Shown here: one piece after another, positions 23,552 through 35,162 of the stretch | Position numbering within the stretch: position 1 is the first letter of the stretch | Layout of the letters: each line of letters opens with the position of its first letter | Translations under genes and position numbers: made by a program | Origin: Balamuthia mandrillaris | Taxonomy: Eukaryota | Direction of reading: 5' to 3' | DNA: 64,000 nt | NCBI GenBank assembly: GCA_031835245.2 | Contig: JAVKOQ020000026.1 | Span: 248,001-312,000 of the forward strand | Notes under the pieces: model-generated | What the model was told of the DNA's origin: nothing | Databases searched by the model: none | What the model saw: the letters and a program-made list of their open reading frames with translations, nothing else

Positions 23552-24614
23552 ATGACGAGCCTTGATCAATAGTAAGGCATTCCTTTCCTTTTGCCTCCTC
23601 CCTGGCTTTTTTTTCTTTCTTTCTTGTCCGTTGATGATGGGTTTTTTTCTTGTTACTACCCATTTCTCTCCAAGGGGCCACTTTGCTAACCTTTTTTTTT
23701 TTTGAAAGCGACCACCTATTTAAGATCTTGTTGGTTGGCGACAGCGGCGTAGGCAAATCTTCGTTGTTGCTGAGGTTCACGGTTCGTTTTTTCCCCTTTT
23801 GATCTATTTTTTAGGGGGGCGATTGGTGCTTTTGTTTACAAGGACTAGATACTGAATGTCTTTCTTGTCTTACTCAAAAACAGGATGATATGTTCCAAGA
23901 GACCTTCATCAGTACCATTGGAGTTGACTTTAAGATCCGCAACGTGAACATTCAGGACAAAGTTGTTAAAATGCAAATTTGGGACACAGGTTTGATTTTT
24001 TCCCTTCCTATTTGCCCCTGTCTTTTTTTATTGTTTCTCTTTTCCTGTTCTCCCCTTCTTCTCCCTTCATTGTCTCCCTTCTATCGTCTCGTTCTCTCTC
24101 TTCTCTCTCTCTTCTCTCTTGCTTTTCCTTCTGCCCGCTTGTTTTTCATCTTCTCTCATCGAAGACAAAATGATAACACCAAACACAACCAGCTGGACAG
24201 GAACGTTTCCGCACAATCACAAGCAGCTACTACAGAGGCGCACACGGCATCATCGTCGTGTATGACATTACAGACCAAGTATCCTTCAATAACGCCAAGA
24301 TGTGGTTGAACGAGATTGAGCGCTACGCCTGCGGCAGCGTGACCAAGCTGTTGGTAGGAAACAAGGCCGACATGGAGGACAAACGGGCCGTACCGATGGC
24401 CACTGGCAAGGCCTTTGCCGACCAGCAAGGAATGCTGTTCAGCGAGGCCTCCGCCAAGGAGGGAAAGGGAGTGGAGGATGCTTTCATGGTCTTGGTGAAG
24501 GAGATCTTTGATCAACGCGTGCAGCTGCCCGAGTCCACGAAAACGGAGAAGGAAAAGCTCAACCTCAAGGACACTCAATCCGTGAGTGCTGGCAGGAAGG
24601 GCTGCTGTAATTAA
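23552..24614 (+). CDS. RAB1: Rab1-like small GTPase
   Basis: [56 protein letters not shown]-terminal CCN prenylation motif. Confidence 0.9.
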
Positions 24615-24870
24615 CTTTCTCATTTTTTATTTCTTTCTTTCTTTTCTTCCTTCCTTCCTCCTGTTTCTCAAAAACTCTTGCATGCTTGGGAACAATGTCA
24701 TTTCTTTCTTCTTCTTCTTTTTGTGCACTTTTCCCCCCTTTCTCTGTGATGGCTGTGATGCTCTTTTTTTTGAAGTTTTGGTTTATGTGCTGTTTTTCTT
24801 TCCGCCATTCTTTTCTTATCTTCTCCCCTTCTTCTCCCTTCATTGTCTCTCTTCTATCGTCTCGTTCTCT
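24048..24870 (+). repeat. 50-bp direct repeat (24048-24097 and 24821-24870)
   Basis: TTCTCCCCTTCTTCTCCCTTCATTGTCTC(C/T)CTTCTATCGTCTCGTTCTCT, 49/50 identical; one copy in a Rab1 intron, one downstream of the stop. Confidence 0.85.
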
Positions 24871-25078
24871 ATCTCTCTCGTGTCGACAAGTGCTGCTCCT
24901 TTTGTCCTCATGAGGACAAGGACGATAATTGCAGGGCGATATTAAAACCGTCCAGCCAATAGGATTTTTTGTAGACAGGTTCATTTATCGGCCCTAATGT
25001 GCTTTTAGGGGTTGATCTATACTGTTCGCCCCCTTCCTTTCTTTTGAGACTATTGCCAGCAGCACGATAACGATAACA

Positions 25079-25579
25079 ATGTGGGCTGCCCTTTCTTCCC
25101 GCGCTGTGTGGGCCTGCTTTTTGTTGAGCGTGGTGATGCCCCTCTTTGCTGCCGTGGAGGCCCAAAACTCAACCGCGCAATACTCCATCGTGTTCGAGTT
25201 TGGAGGTTGCATGGCCCTCAACTCCCAGTGCTGCCCCAGCGGCTGCTCCTTTCCCGGAGGCTTGTGTAACGGCTACGGCCCCTGCGGCGGCGTGTCTGGG
25301 AACTACACCACCGCAGGAGAGCTGGTTTCCGGTCATTGCGTCTACATTTACGACCCAGTCACCTGTGAGGTGAGCACCAGAGAGCAAGGCTGTCAAGTGA
25401 ACGGAGTCTGCTTTGCCACCTACGACTGCACCTGTTGGGTATGCAACAAGATTTGCACCGGCCAACCAGAACTGCCCCCTCCTACCAACAGCGGAAGCAG
25501 CACCAGCGACAGCGACGGAGAGACAGATTCTGAGAGTGGATCTGCTGGCCGAAGCCTTCCTTCATTGTTCTTTCCTTGA
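25079..25579 (+). CDS. Secreted 14-Cys protein, paralog 1, intronless
   Basis: Signal peptide, Cys-rich domain, Ser/Asp linker, tail SAGRSLPSLFFP. Confidence 0.85.
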   Translation: MWAALSSRAVWACFLLSVVMPLFAAVEAQNSTAQYSIVFEFGGCMALNSQCCPSGCSFPGGLCNGYGPCGGVSGNYTTAGELVSGHCVYIYDPVTCEVSTREQGCQVNGVCFATYDCTCWVCNKICTGQPELPPPTNSGSSTSDSDGETDSESGSAGRSLPSLFFP

Positions 25580-25842
25580 TATTTTTTTTTTGTTGGCGTA
25601 AAACCAGCTGTTCCATGTTTTTTCTTCATTATTTTGCATCTTTTTTCGTTTGTTTAGGGAGTCTTGCTTGGGATATTGCAGGCCATCTAATATAGCTCGG
25701 CTGGGGCCAATGGCATTTTTTCAAAGACTTAATTCCTACATGCATTCCTTTTACGTATATTCGTTCATAAATAAGTGGCTGGTGTATACCGTCTTTTCGC
25801 CGCAACAAAAGTTAAAACAAACACGCGTTAACAAACGTGACA

Positions 25843-26373
25843 ATGGCCAGACACTCCTATGGAGCGCTCTCCTCTCCTTTCTTCTTCCTTTTGTTGTGCT
25901 TGACGCCCTCCTTCCAGCTTGCGCTGGAGCCTCAAGAGGAAGCGCCGACTGCCCCGCCACCACACTCCATCATGTTTGAATATGGAGGCTGCAAGGCCCT
26001 CAACTCTCAGTGCTGCCCCAACGGTTGCTCCTTCCCTGGTGGCTCCTGCCCGCGGAGCGGACCCTGCGGCTCCCAGTCGCAGAACTTTACCGCCGCAGGA
26101 GAGCTCATCTCCGGCCACTGCATCTACTCCTACGACCCCGCCACTTGCCAAGTGACCACCAGGACGCAAGGTTGCCAAGTGGTCGGCGTTTGCACAGCCA
26201 CTTATGACTGTGCTTGTTGGGTGTGCAACAAGTTATGCACGGGGCAGCCTAAACCTGACAACAGTGGAAGTGCAAGTGGAAGCCAGCAACACAGCAATAA
26301 TAGTGATGATGAGCCAAACTCCGAGAGCGGATCTGCTGGCCGATATCTTCCTCTTTCTGTGTTCGTTCGTTAG
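25843..26373 (+). CDS. Secreted 14-Cys protein, paralog 2, intronless
   Basis: Tandem paralog with all 14 Cys and the NxT sequon conserved; tail SAGRYLPLSVFVR. Confidence 0.85.
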   Translation: MARHSYGALSSPFFFLLLCLTPSFQLALEPQEEAPTAPPPHSIMFEYGGCKALNSQCCPNGCSFPGGSCPRSGPCGSQSQNFTAAGELISGHCIYSYDPATCQVTTRTQGCQVVGVCTATYDCACWVCNKLCTGQPKPDNSGSASGSQQHSNNSDDEPNSESGSAGRYLPLSVFVR

Positions 26374-26594
26374 GTTGGGACGTTTTCAAGCGGTTCTCTC
26401 ACTTCTCTCTCTCTCTCTCTCTCCTCTTCGTCGTTTCTCTTCTTTCTCTCTCTTCTCTCTCTCTCTCTCTCTCTCGCAATGCAAACGAAAAACAAAAAAT
26501 AAATAAATAACGATAGTATGATACGGCATGCATACTAGCAAAAAAAAAAATAGAAACTATGCTAGAGGGTGAGGAGTAATGCTGGTTCTGAGAA

Positions 26595-27027
26595 CTACTT
26601 TCTTCCTTCACACTTTACAATGTGCCAACCTATCGTGCCACAAATGTTAGCCATACGACAATACAAACACAAACGACAACCAGAAAACACGTACCAAACT
26701 TGGTCTTGAAAGGTTGGGAGACCTCACCCACCTTCAAGTTGAATGCAATATCTTGGAACGGGCCACTAACAGTTATAAATGAGAAAATAGGAATGGGCAA
26801 AGAGCAAAGAAGAAGACCGAGAAGAAGAAGAACAAGAAGGAGAGGAGAAAGAATAGCGACAGCAACAAGGAGTGGAATAACGTAAAAAAGCAAGAACGTA
26901 CGCCATTTGTCCTCGAGCGAACCAACCGAGGTCTCCTCCTTGTCTGGCCTTGTCTTCTGACATCATTCTTGCAACCTAGTTCCATAAGAGAGAAAGCAGA
27001 GAGAAAGAGAGGTTTGTCTTACAGCGG

Positions 27028-27061
<34 letters not shown>

Positions 27062-27467
27062 TTTGTGCCACTCACCTGAGCAAACTCCATTGCTGGGAGG
27101 GTGTTGCCTCCTTCCTCCCAAGTGCCGTTCAACCGCCTTTGTGCCTCCAATATCTTTGATTGCTTTTCGCTATTATGAAGAGAGTAAAAAGTCTTCAGCA
27201 TAGTCACGAACGAAGAAAGAAAGCAAGAGTTGCGGCGAACACTTAACGCCACACACACACACAAAAAAAAGAGTTTTTGTTGTTAAGAGAAGGAAGAAAA
27301 ATCAGTTAACTTTACCACAAGATGTGTCTTGCGTGAACATGGCTGCAGGGCTTCAGGCCTCCATCACTGCTGGAACCGCCGCCACCCTTGGCCTTTCCTT
27401 TGCCTTTGCCACCACCTCCACCACTGCTGGCGGCGCCTCCTTTGTTGCCTCCTTTCTTTGGTGGCAT
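26595..27467 (-). CDS. PIN4: Parvulin-14-type peptidyl-prolyl isomerase
   Basis: MPPKKGG.. G/K-rich N-terminus, VHARHILC, SEDKARQGGDLGWF, PFQDIAF, FKTKFGWHIVKCEGRK*. Confidence 0.92.
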
Positions 27468-27529
27468 CTCTTCTTTCTTCCCTTGGCGCAATAAAAAAAA
27501 TAATTGGACTTGTCTCTTCTTCTGTTCCA

Positions 27530-27895
27530 CCTCTCTCTCTCTCTCTTCTCTCTTCTCTCTTCTCTCTCCTCTCTTCTCTCTCCCTCCCTCCCTCTTCTCT
27601 CTTCTCTCTTCTCTCTCTTCTCTCTCTTCTCTCTTCTCTCTTCTCTCTTCTCTCTTTCTCTCTCTCTCTCTTCTCTCTCTTCTCTCTCTCTCTCTCTCTC
27701 TCTCTTCCTCTCTTTCTCTCTCTCTCTCTCTTCTTCTCTTCTCTCTTCCTCTTCTTCTTCCTCTTCTCTTCTTCCTCTTCTTCTTCTTCTCTCTTTCTCT
27801 CTCTTCTCTTCTCTCTTCTCTCTTCTCTCTTCTCTTCTCTCTTCTCTTCTCTCTTCTCTCTTCTCTCTTCTCTCTTCTCTCTTCTCTCTTCTCTC
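27530..27895. repeat. ~360-bp pure polypyrimidine/polypurine tract
   Basis: Uninterrupted C/T-only run built from (CT)n and CTCTT units upstream of PIN4. Confidence 0.95.
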
Positions 27896-27970
27896 CGTTG
27901 AAATAAATTGTTGTTGGATGAGGAAGATAAGATGGAGAATGCACAAAAGACAAGGGCACTTGTGCCTACA

Positions 27971-28650
27971 TCACTTGGATTTGTACTTGGAAGATTGCAA
28001 GGACACTATGATCATGAACACGCCAAGCCCAAACATGAAAAGACAATACATCTTCTGGCGATGCCAACTTTCCTCGTTTGTCACGTAGTCGTAGGCTAGC
28101 AATCTCCGTTGGGGCTTTGGCAGTCCTTCAGCATGATATACTGTTTGCCCAACGCCACAAGCACGGTACTCTGTAGCACCATCTGTTTTTCCCATCTCAA
28201 CGGAAGCTAAGTAAAAATAACTTTGTCATAAAGAAAACTTGTTGGGAAGTATTATTACCTACGAAGAATGCAAGGGGCTTTTGGGTACCCAAAACTGTTG
28301 GCGCGATACCAAGAGGGTTGGCTCTGTTGCATACTAAGAGGGAGTGCCATTAAAACCATGCCAGGCGCCACTCAGAACTCCCTAATAATTCGTTTAGCCC
28401 GATTCACACCTGACAGCAACCAATACATAAAAGAGCTCAAACCGTGGGTCCGAACGCATGCCAGGAGGCAGCGGAGGTTCTGCTTCCCACTCTGGTTCAA
28501 AGCAATTCCACGGGACATTGGTGACTTGGTCGTATATGGGCACAAAGTTTGAGCCTTTGGGGATGTGATGTAATCCTTCGGAGAGTTCGAGTACGGCTAC
28601 AGTAGAGAAGCAGAAAAAGTTTTGTGGTGAGCATGGAGACGAGAGAGAGA

Positions 28651-28687
<37 letters not shown>

Positions 28688-29044
28688 GGCGGGAGGGAGG
28701 GAGGGAGAGAGAGGGAGGGAGGAAGGGAGAGAGGGAGGGAGCACATATGAAAGGGAAACTTACGTTGCCAGTTCCTTTGAACAAACAAGACGAATACTGG
28801 GTTTACCACCAAAGATAATGCTGCCACAACTATCACCACCCGCCAAAGCAGGATTCTGATATGTTCATATGTCTACCAGTGTTATCAGCGCGGAAAATGC
28901 CCCAACTAAAACAACTGGAACAGACCCCATACAATAAAGTGCGCATTCGAGGGCAGGACCCATCAGGAATAAGCACAAAAGGGGTATGTGCACTATGTGA
29001 ACCGAGAAGCAAAGGAGAGTAAAGAAGAGCGAAGGATGAATCAT
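27971..29044 (-). CDS. Hypothetical membrane protein, multi-exon, structure uncertain
   Basis: Exon-like segments ILLWRVVIVVAALSLVVNPVFVLF, VPIYDQVTNVPWNCFEPEW and MYCLFMFGLGVFMIIVSL flanked by GT/AG and CT-rich introns. Confidence 0.4.
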
Positions 29045-29228
29045 TTTCCGTGAGGAGGCAGGTAGATGTTATTCCAAACTTCTTTTTTCAACCGGCAGTG
29101 TCTGTTTTCTTCTTGAAAAAAAGAGGAACCCGATCGATAAGGAAAAAAAGGGAACCTCTGGCTTCACAGAGGGTGAATGGAATGGATGCTCATGCTGCTG
29201 CTTTAAACTTTTGTTGCTCGTCATTTAT

Positions 29229-30304
29229 TTACAAGCTACGAAAGGCGGAGTAAAGCTGGTCCTCCAGGGCTTTGTAACGCGTGACCACCCTTTGTTCTCC
29301 GTCATCCGGCTCCGCATACTTCATCGCAGTCAGCTCATAGTAGACATCGCCCAACTGCCTTTTGAGGCTCGCCAAATCCATCTTCTTTTGTTCCACAACA
29401 TCCATCGCCAAGTCGTGATAGAGAAGCATGTTGCGAAGCATCCAAACCATCTTGTAGAACGGGCAGTATCTGTCATACATCGTGAACATGTTTTGCTGCA
29501 AAAAGTCCTCTCGGATAAGTCTGGCCACGTCCAATGTCACTTTGTCTCCCTCTGGCAGAGCGTCCCGCCCGATGGCTTCCACTGTTTCTGTCAGCTCCTC
29601 TTCCTTTTGCAGTATCGCTTTGCACCGTTGTTTCAGTTGCACGAAACGAATAGAGTCAGAGTCTGTCATTTCGTAAAAGTCCTCCAAAATCTTTTCAACA
29701 TGGCTGAAGCTCAAAAGCCAATTGACGGATGGAAAGTGGCGGCGTTGAGCCAGCCTCTTGTCCAAAGCCCAAAAGACTTGAACCAGGCTCAATGTCTTTG
29801 ACGTTACAGGCTCCGAGAAGTCGCCTCCCGGAGGAGAGACTGTACCCAAGATGGTGAGACTGCCGCTTCGTTTAGGCGAGCCATAGCAGCGAATTTTGCC
29901 CGCTCGTTCGTAGAAGGCTGCAAGTCTAGCGCTCAAATACGCTGGATAACCGTCGTCTACAAGAGTGATAAGGGACAAGGAGAGAATGAAAGGAGAGGAA
30001 AGCAAAAAGCAAGAAAGATTAACGGGTAACATAGAGTCTGATATAGCGTGAGAGGGCACAAACCAGCAGGCATTTCAGCCAACCTTGCAGATATCTCGCG
30101 AAGAGCTTCAGCCCAACGCGAGGTTGAATCAGCCATCAACGACACGTTGTATCCCATATCTCGAAAGTACTCCGATATAGCCACACCGGTGAAGATAGAT
30201 GCCTCACGAGCAGCAACAGGCATGTTTGCCGTATTGGCTACCAATGCCATTCTTTTCATTACTGACGTTTGTGTGCCCCATCCTGCTGGTGTTGTTATCT
30301 ATTA

Positions 30305-30381
<77 letters not shown>

Positions 30382-32111
30382 ACAACAACAACAAAAACAA
30401 ACAATACTCATGACACTGTTAGCAGAAGCACTGTAAAGTAATTAACAGTTCGGTTACATTACCTCAGGAAACTCCATCAATGCTTCAGCCATTTCATTGC
30501 CTCGCTCCCCACATCCAACATAAAGCACAACGTCTGAGTTTGTGTATTTAGTAATGCTGTACAATATCATGGATTTGCCTCCACCAAATGCTCCTGGTAT
30601 CGCTACCGTTCCTCCTTGTACGCATCTGGTAAATAAGAAAAAGCGAAGAAGAAAGAAGAAAAATCAACACCATTGCAAGAATAAAGAAAGAAATAAGAGC
30701 AACTAAAGCTGATAGATGAGATAAGGAGATCAATAAAGTTTGAAAAAGGGTTACTAACGGGAAAAGAGCATCTAAAATACGCTGTCCAGTGAAAAGTGGA
30801 TAATTACTTCTAAGTCTTTGAGCGATGGGACGAGGCGTTCGTACTGGCCATGACTGAGCCATCGTAAAGTTTTTGACTTGATCCTCAAACTCTACCTCTA
30901 ATACGGTGTCCTATTGAAAATATAAACATTATTTCCCAAGAAGAAGAAAAAGAAGAAGAAGAACAAGAACAAGAAGAACAAGAAGAACAAGAACGAGAAC
31001 GAGAACGAGAACAAGAACGAGAACGAGAACGAGAACAAGAAGATAAAGTGTACTTGAATGGTGTAATAGTCGGCGTCAGCGATGAATGTAATGGTTCCTT
31101 TTTCGTTGGGAGGAAGGCATATCTTATGAATAATCAGAGAGTTCTCCACAACAGTTCCAAAAACGTCTCCTCCTGTGATGTTGTCTCCAACCTGGTATAA
31201 CAAAGCATTAATACCAACTACAAAACACTAAGTAAAAAAGTAAGAAAGGAAGTAAAAATACTTTGAAATGAGTTTCGGGTTCAAAAAACCATCGAAGATC
31301 TCGGTTTAGAGCAGAGACATTAACGCCTTTTGGAATAAAAGTCTCCTTGGTGAGGTCAGCAATGCTGCCCAATGGCCGTTGTATGCCGTCAAACAAGTTT
31401 GAAAGTAGACCTAATGTATGTTCTGTTTGGCTACTAACAACTAAAGTAAAGCATAGAACTAACTAACCTGGACCAAGTTCAACGGATAAAGGCTTTCCGG
31501 TCCTTTGAACAGGATCTCCAACCGACAACCCAGCTGAGAAGCGTTTATAAATACAATGGAAGAAGCGAAACGACAAGAATAGAAGGAACAAAGCCACAAG
31601 AAAGAAGAAACGAATGTCGAGAAAGAAAACAACTCATATTACACGTGATGTAATGGCAGGGAATGACAGATTACCTACCAGTATCTTCAAAGACTTGAAC
31701 GGTGACGCTCGAACCATTCACTTTGATGATTTCTCCCAAAAGCTGGTCGTGTCCAACTCTCACCTGTTTACACCATCGTTGCAATAAGGGCGGTTGAGAA
31801 ACAAAAAGCAACAGAAAAGCAACAACATACCAGTTCGTACATAGCTGCTCCAGAAAGGCTCTCAGCTACCACAACTAATACGAATAAAAAAGGTGAGGGG
31901 CCGTTTAGTTTGAGAGCGCAAGGGGGGTAATACCTGGCCCGGAGACCGCAAAGATGGCACCGTAGTTGCTCTCCTTGTCTTCATCAACATCGCAGTCGAT
32001 GTAATACTGAAATGAAAGGAGTCGTGCAAGTCGGTCTGTCAGCAACACCAAGTTGGGTAATAACACCCAAACAGAAAGGAAGGAAAGAGAGAGAGAAAAA
32101 ACCTTGCTCAT
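29229..32111 (-). CDS. ATP6V1A: V-type H+-ATPase catalytic subunit A, divergent
   Basis: [87 protein letters not shown]. Confidence 0.95.
30304..30395. repeat. (AACAGC)n/(AAC)n microsatellite in a V-ATPase A intron
   Basis: About 12 tandem hexamers followed by AAC triplets. Confidence 0.95.
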
Positions 32112-32285
32112 GACCGTGCGCCAAAAGAGAAGCTAGAGCGGGTAGGCTGTGTGCGTTCTCTCTCTCTGGTGAAAAGTTCTCCGCAGCTTTTTCCATTCTT
32201 GCAAACCCACAAGCACTTCTCTGACAGAGCAATTCTGCCAATATTAGAGTTTTATGGCAATTTAATTGCGACAAACATCAACTCA

Positions 32286-32357
32286 AGCCCCATGGTGTAG
32301 TTGGTAACATACCAGGTTTTGGTTCTGGTGCCCTCAGTTCGATTCTGGGTGGGGCTG
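32286..32357 (+). tRNA. tRNA-Gln (TTG)
   Basis: AGCCCCA/TGGGGCT acceptor, CCAGG-TTTTGGT-TCTGG anticodon arm, CTCAG-TTCGATT-CTGGG T arm, downstream T-run terminator. Confidence 0.85.
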
Positions 32358-32468
32358 CATATCTTTTTTGTATTAATTTTTTTTGAGTTTAACGAAAAGA
32401 AAGAGCAAAGAGAGGGAGGGAGAGAGAGAGAGAGAGAGGTTTGCCTCTCTCTCTCTTTTCCTTGTTGG

Positions 32469-33292
32469 CTACTGTCGTTCATCGTCGTTGTTGCGGGAGA
32501 GTGTGTTTTGGCTCGCTGCCGAGAGGCTTGCGCTTTGTTCTGAAGAACGCAACCGAGTGAGCTCAGCCACCCAGCTCTTGACGGTCGGATCGGTGATGCG
32601 GTGGGCGCTGTCGAAGAAGTGCTCCAGGTCCTTGCCCTGTGCTCGCTCATACTCAAAGGCTTGCAAGTACATTTCGAACTTGTCAATATCGTGCATGACC
32701 TATTCATAAAGCAATTGCCATTCAGCTCAGCCCAACAGAAAGAACAGAAACTTGAGTACCTTGGCTTCGGGTGTGCTGGATTGCTCATACTCCAAGAATA
32801 AAGAGTACATTTCCTCTCCAACAGGACCTTAAACGAGAGTGAGTGAGAGTGAAGACACATGTGGAGAAACAGAAAAAAAAATTGGCACAGACCATTGATC
32901 TTGGAGCAGATGGCTTGCATAGCTTCATCCTCTGCGCGTGCTTTCTCCTCTTTGCTAATGCCGTCAAAGGGAGTGATGTCACCGACGATGGCCTCCGCTA
33001 TGTCGTGCACCAGCGCCATCTTTATCATTTTCTCCTTGTTCAAACCGGAAGCGCTTCCCTTCTCGTTGCCAAAGAGAAAGGAGATGACGGCCATTCTGTA
33101 CATGTGGTCGGAGATGGACTCTGGCAGGTGCACCTCGCTGTTGACCCAACCCGTTCTCTTGGTGGTCTTCAACGCTCCGCATATCCGCAGGAACTCCAAC
33201 ACGCCGCTAGCCCCACCAGCAGCAGCAGCAGAGCCCTCAGCGCCACTACGCGCCGCAACCCCATCATTCCCAGCGCTCTGCGATGCTTGCAT
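32469..33292 (-). CDS. HDDC2: HD-domain 5'-deoxynucleotidase (HDDC2/YfbR family)
   Basis: LKTTKRTGWV, ESISDHMYRMA, MALVHDIAEAIVGDITP, DIDKFEMYLQAFEYE. Confidence 0.93.
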
Positions 33293-33503
33293 TTTTTCCC
33301 CTCTCGCGTATTTTTGCGGACACCTAATTGTCGACAAATGGATTAACTCAAGGACGACACGAATAGGCACAAATAAAAGAAAGAAAAAAGAAAGAAGAAT
33401 AAAAAAAAAGGGGAAAAGAAAAAAGAGGAGAGAAAAAGCAAGAGGAGGGGGACCAACAAACCAACAAGGCTTTTTTTAAAAAAAAGAAAAACAAAAGAAC
33501 AAA

Positions 33504-33939
33504 ATGGGAAAGAGTTTGCGCTCCAAGAGGATGAGGAAGAAGAGGGCTGATCGGAGGGAAAAGCTGGATAATTGGCAGAAGGAACAGATTGAAAAACTCC
33601 ACGCAAAGTTGGAGGAGGTCATTCAAACGCCAACCGCTAATCTTGAAATCAAGACTGGTTTGTTGTTTTCTTATTTGTTTGGAGTGTTTTGTGCTATTAT
33701 TGTTTTCATGACCCTGACTGGATTTACTTTAATTTTTGCAAATTTCAGAACCGGATACAGAAGAAATGGAAGCAGCCAAAGCAAACGTGCCGAGGTCCAA
33801 AGTAACAGTCACCATGGAGTTGGAGTCCAACATCGCCAAAGCCAAAAACCGCCGGCGGAACCGCACCGCCAAGAAAAAAGCCACTGCCGCAACAACTCAG
33901 CCCCGACGGCCAAAGGAGAGGATGGACGTTCCACAATAA
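33504..33939 (+). CDS. Small basic LLP/LLPH-like protein, 2 exons (3' end uncertain)
   Basis: N-terminus MGKSLRSKRMRKKRADRREK resembles LLPH-family MAKSLRSK; K/R-rich tail. Confidence 0.6.
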
Positions 33940-34316
33940 CTTTCCACATGTTTGGTTGTTTTCTTAAAACCCCCCCTACTCCTCTCTTCTCCTCCTACCC
34001 CTTTTTTTTTTCTTGCTTTCCAACAAGAGACTCCATCTGCCCTTTCTCTCCTCTATTTCCTGCTTCTTTCTTTTCTTTGTTTTTTGTTTTGAAGTTGCCG
34101 CTTGCTTTCGCACCAAAGCAAAGAAGGTTACCCCAGGTGGGCGCCTGTGTGTGTTGGCTCGACGTCTTTTAACCTAAGAGGGGGGAGCGAGGCGAGAGGA
34201 CAGAGACGCAGAGTAAATGGTGCTTGTTGTCATTGTGGGCTCTCGATCCTCAGCATGCTCGTCATGTTGTCTCCTCTCTACACTCGTTCTCGTTTTTTGC
34301 GTTTTGATGCGTTCTC

Positions 34317-34655
34317 TTAGGCCGCGCTCTCATAACGCTCAAAAAGTTTGCAGCTGGTCATTTCAGCAGCAGCCAGCCTGTTTCCCCTAACGCAGCTCTC
34401 GAACGTGCCGTAGTAGACGTGGCCCTGGCCGTGGTCCGTCTCGCAATAGATGTAGGCATTGGCGGTGGCCTTCCTGTCGTTGTCCTTGAGGCCCCGGAAG
34501 ACGTGGGGGCGGAGCTCTTTGGCCCTCACGGGATAGCCGCAGCGGCAGTGGGCGTAGCAGCCGGCCTTCTTCTTCCACCCCTCCGCCTGGGCGAGGGTGT
34601 AGGCGCAGTCGGCACCAGGGATGGTTGTCCCGCAGTCCACACACGCGAAGGACAT
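34317..34655 (-). CDS. Orphan Cys/His-rich small protein, intronless
   Basis: 112-aa ORF with strong G/C third-position bias; CxxC, CxxHCxC and CxxDH motifs; TATAAAAA about 40 nt upstream. Confidence 0.7.
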   Translation of the reverse strand: MSFACVDCGTTIPGADCAYTLAQAEGWKKKAGCYAHCRCGYPVRAKELRPHVFRGLKDNDRKATANAYIYCETDHGQGHVYYGTFESCVRGNRLAAAEMTSCKLFERYESAA

Positions 34656-35162
34656 GGCCAAAAACTGCACTTTAAACTTTTTGCTGGCATTTTTTATAAA
34701 ATTTATAAAATTCCAAGAAATAATTCAGGCTCTAATCTTGTCGACACATTTACTTTTGAAGATGAATTGTGTGTCGAATGGGAAGGGGGTATGAGATGGG
34801 GAAAATCGTCCAAAAATTGGTAGTAAATTATCCAACAAATTTAGCTCACAATCCCACCCAAAATTTACTGAAAGTTTCAAACCACCAATCAAAAATCAAA
34901 ACAGAGGCTTTATCTTACCATAAAAAGGCCATTTCTGTTGTCTTTTTCTTTGTCTCATCTCTAGCAGAGATCTTTCACGTCGACAAAAATTCATTGCTCC
35001 GCTTTACTTTTTCATTGTGCCCATTGGAAAGGCGTCATTTAATGAATTGCTGTGACGACATGAGAGTCAATTAAGACTAAAGAAAAAGAAGTAGCACAAA
35101 CGAGAGGGGCGAACCGTACGCGCGGACCATTGTTGGATTATTTTTTTTTTTTGTTTTCTGGT

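Noticed and set aside
27312..28088. Long ORFs of poly-(ER)/(SL) on both strands
   Set aside because: Translations of CT/GA microsatellites that lack stop codons; the same applies near 10875, 40002 and 53018
30490..30520. VMA1-type intein site in V-ATPase A
   Set aside because: GCGERGNE is uninterrupted, so there is no intein
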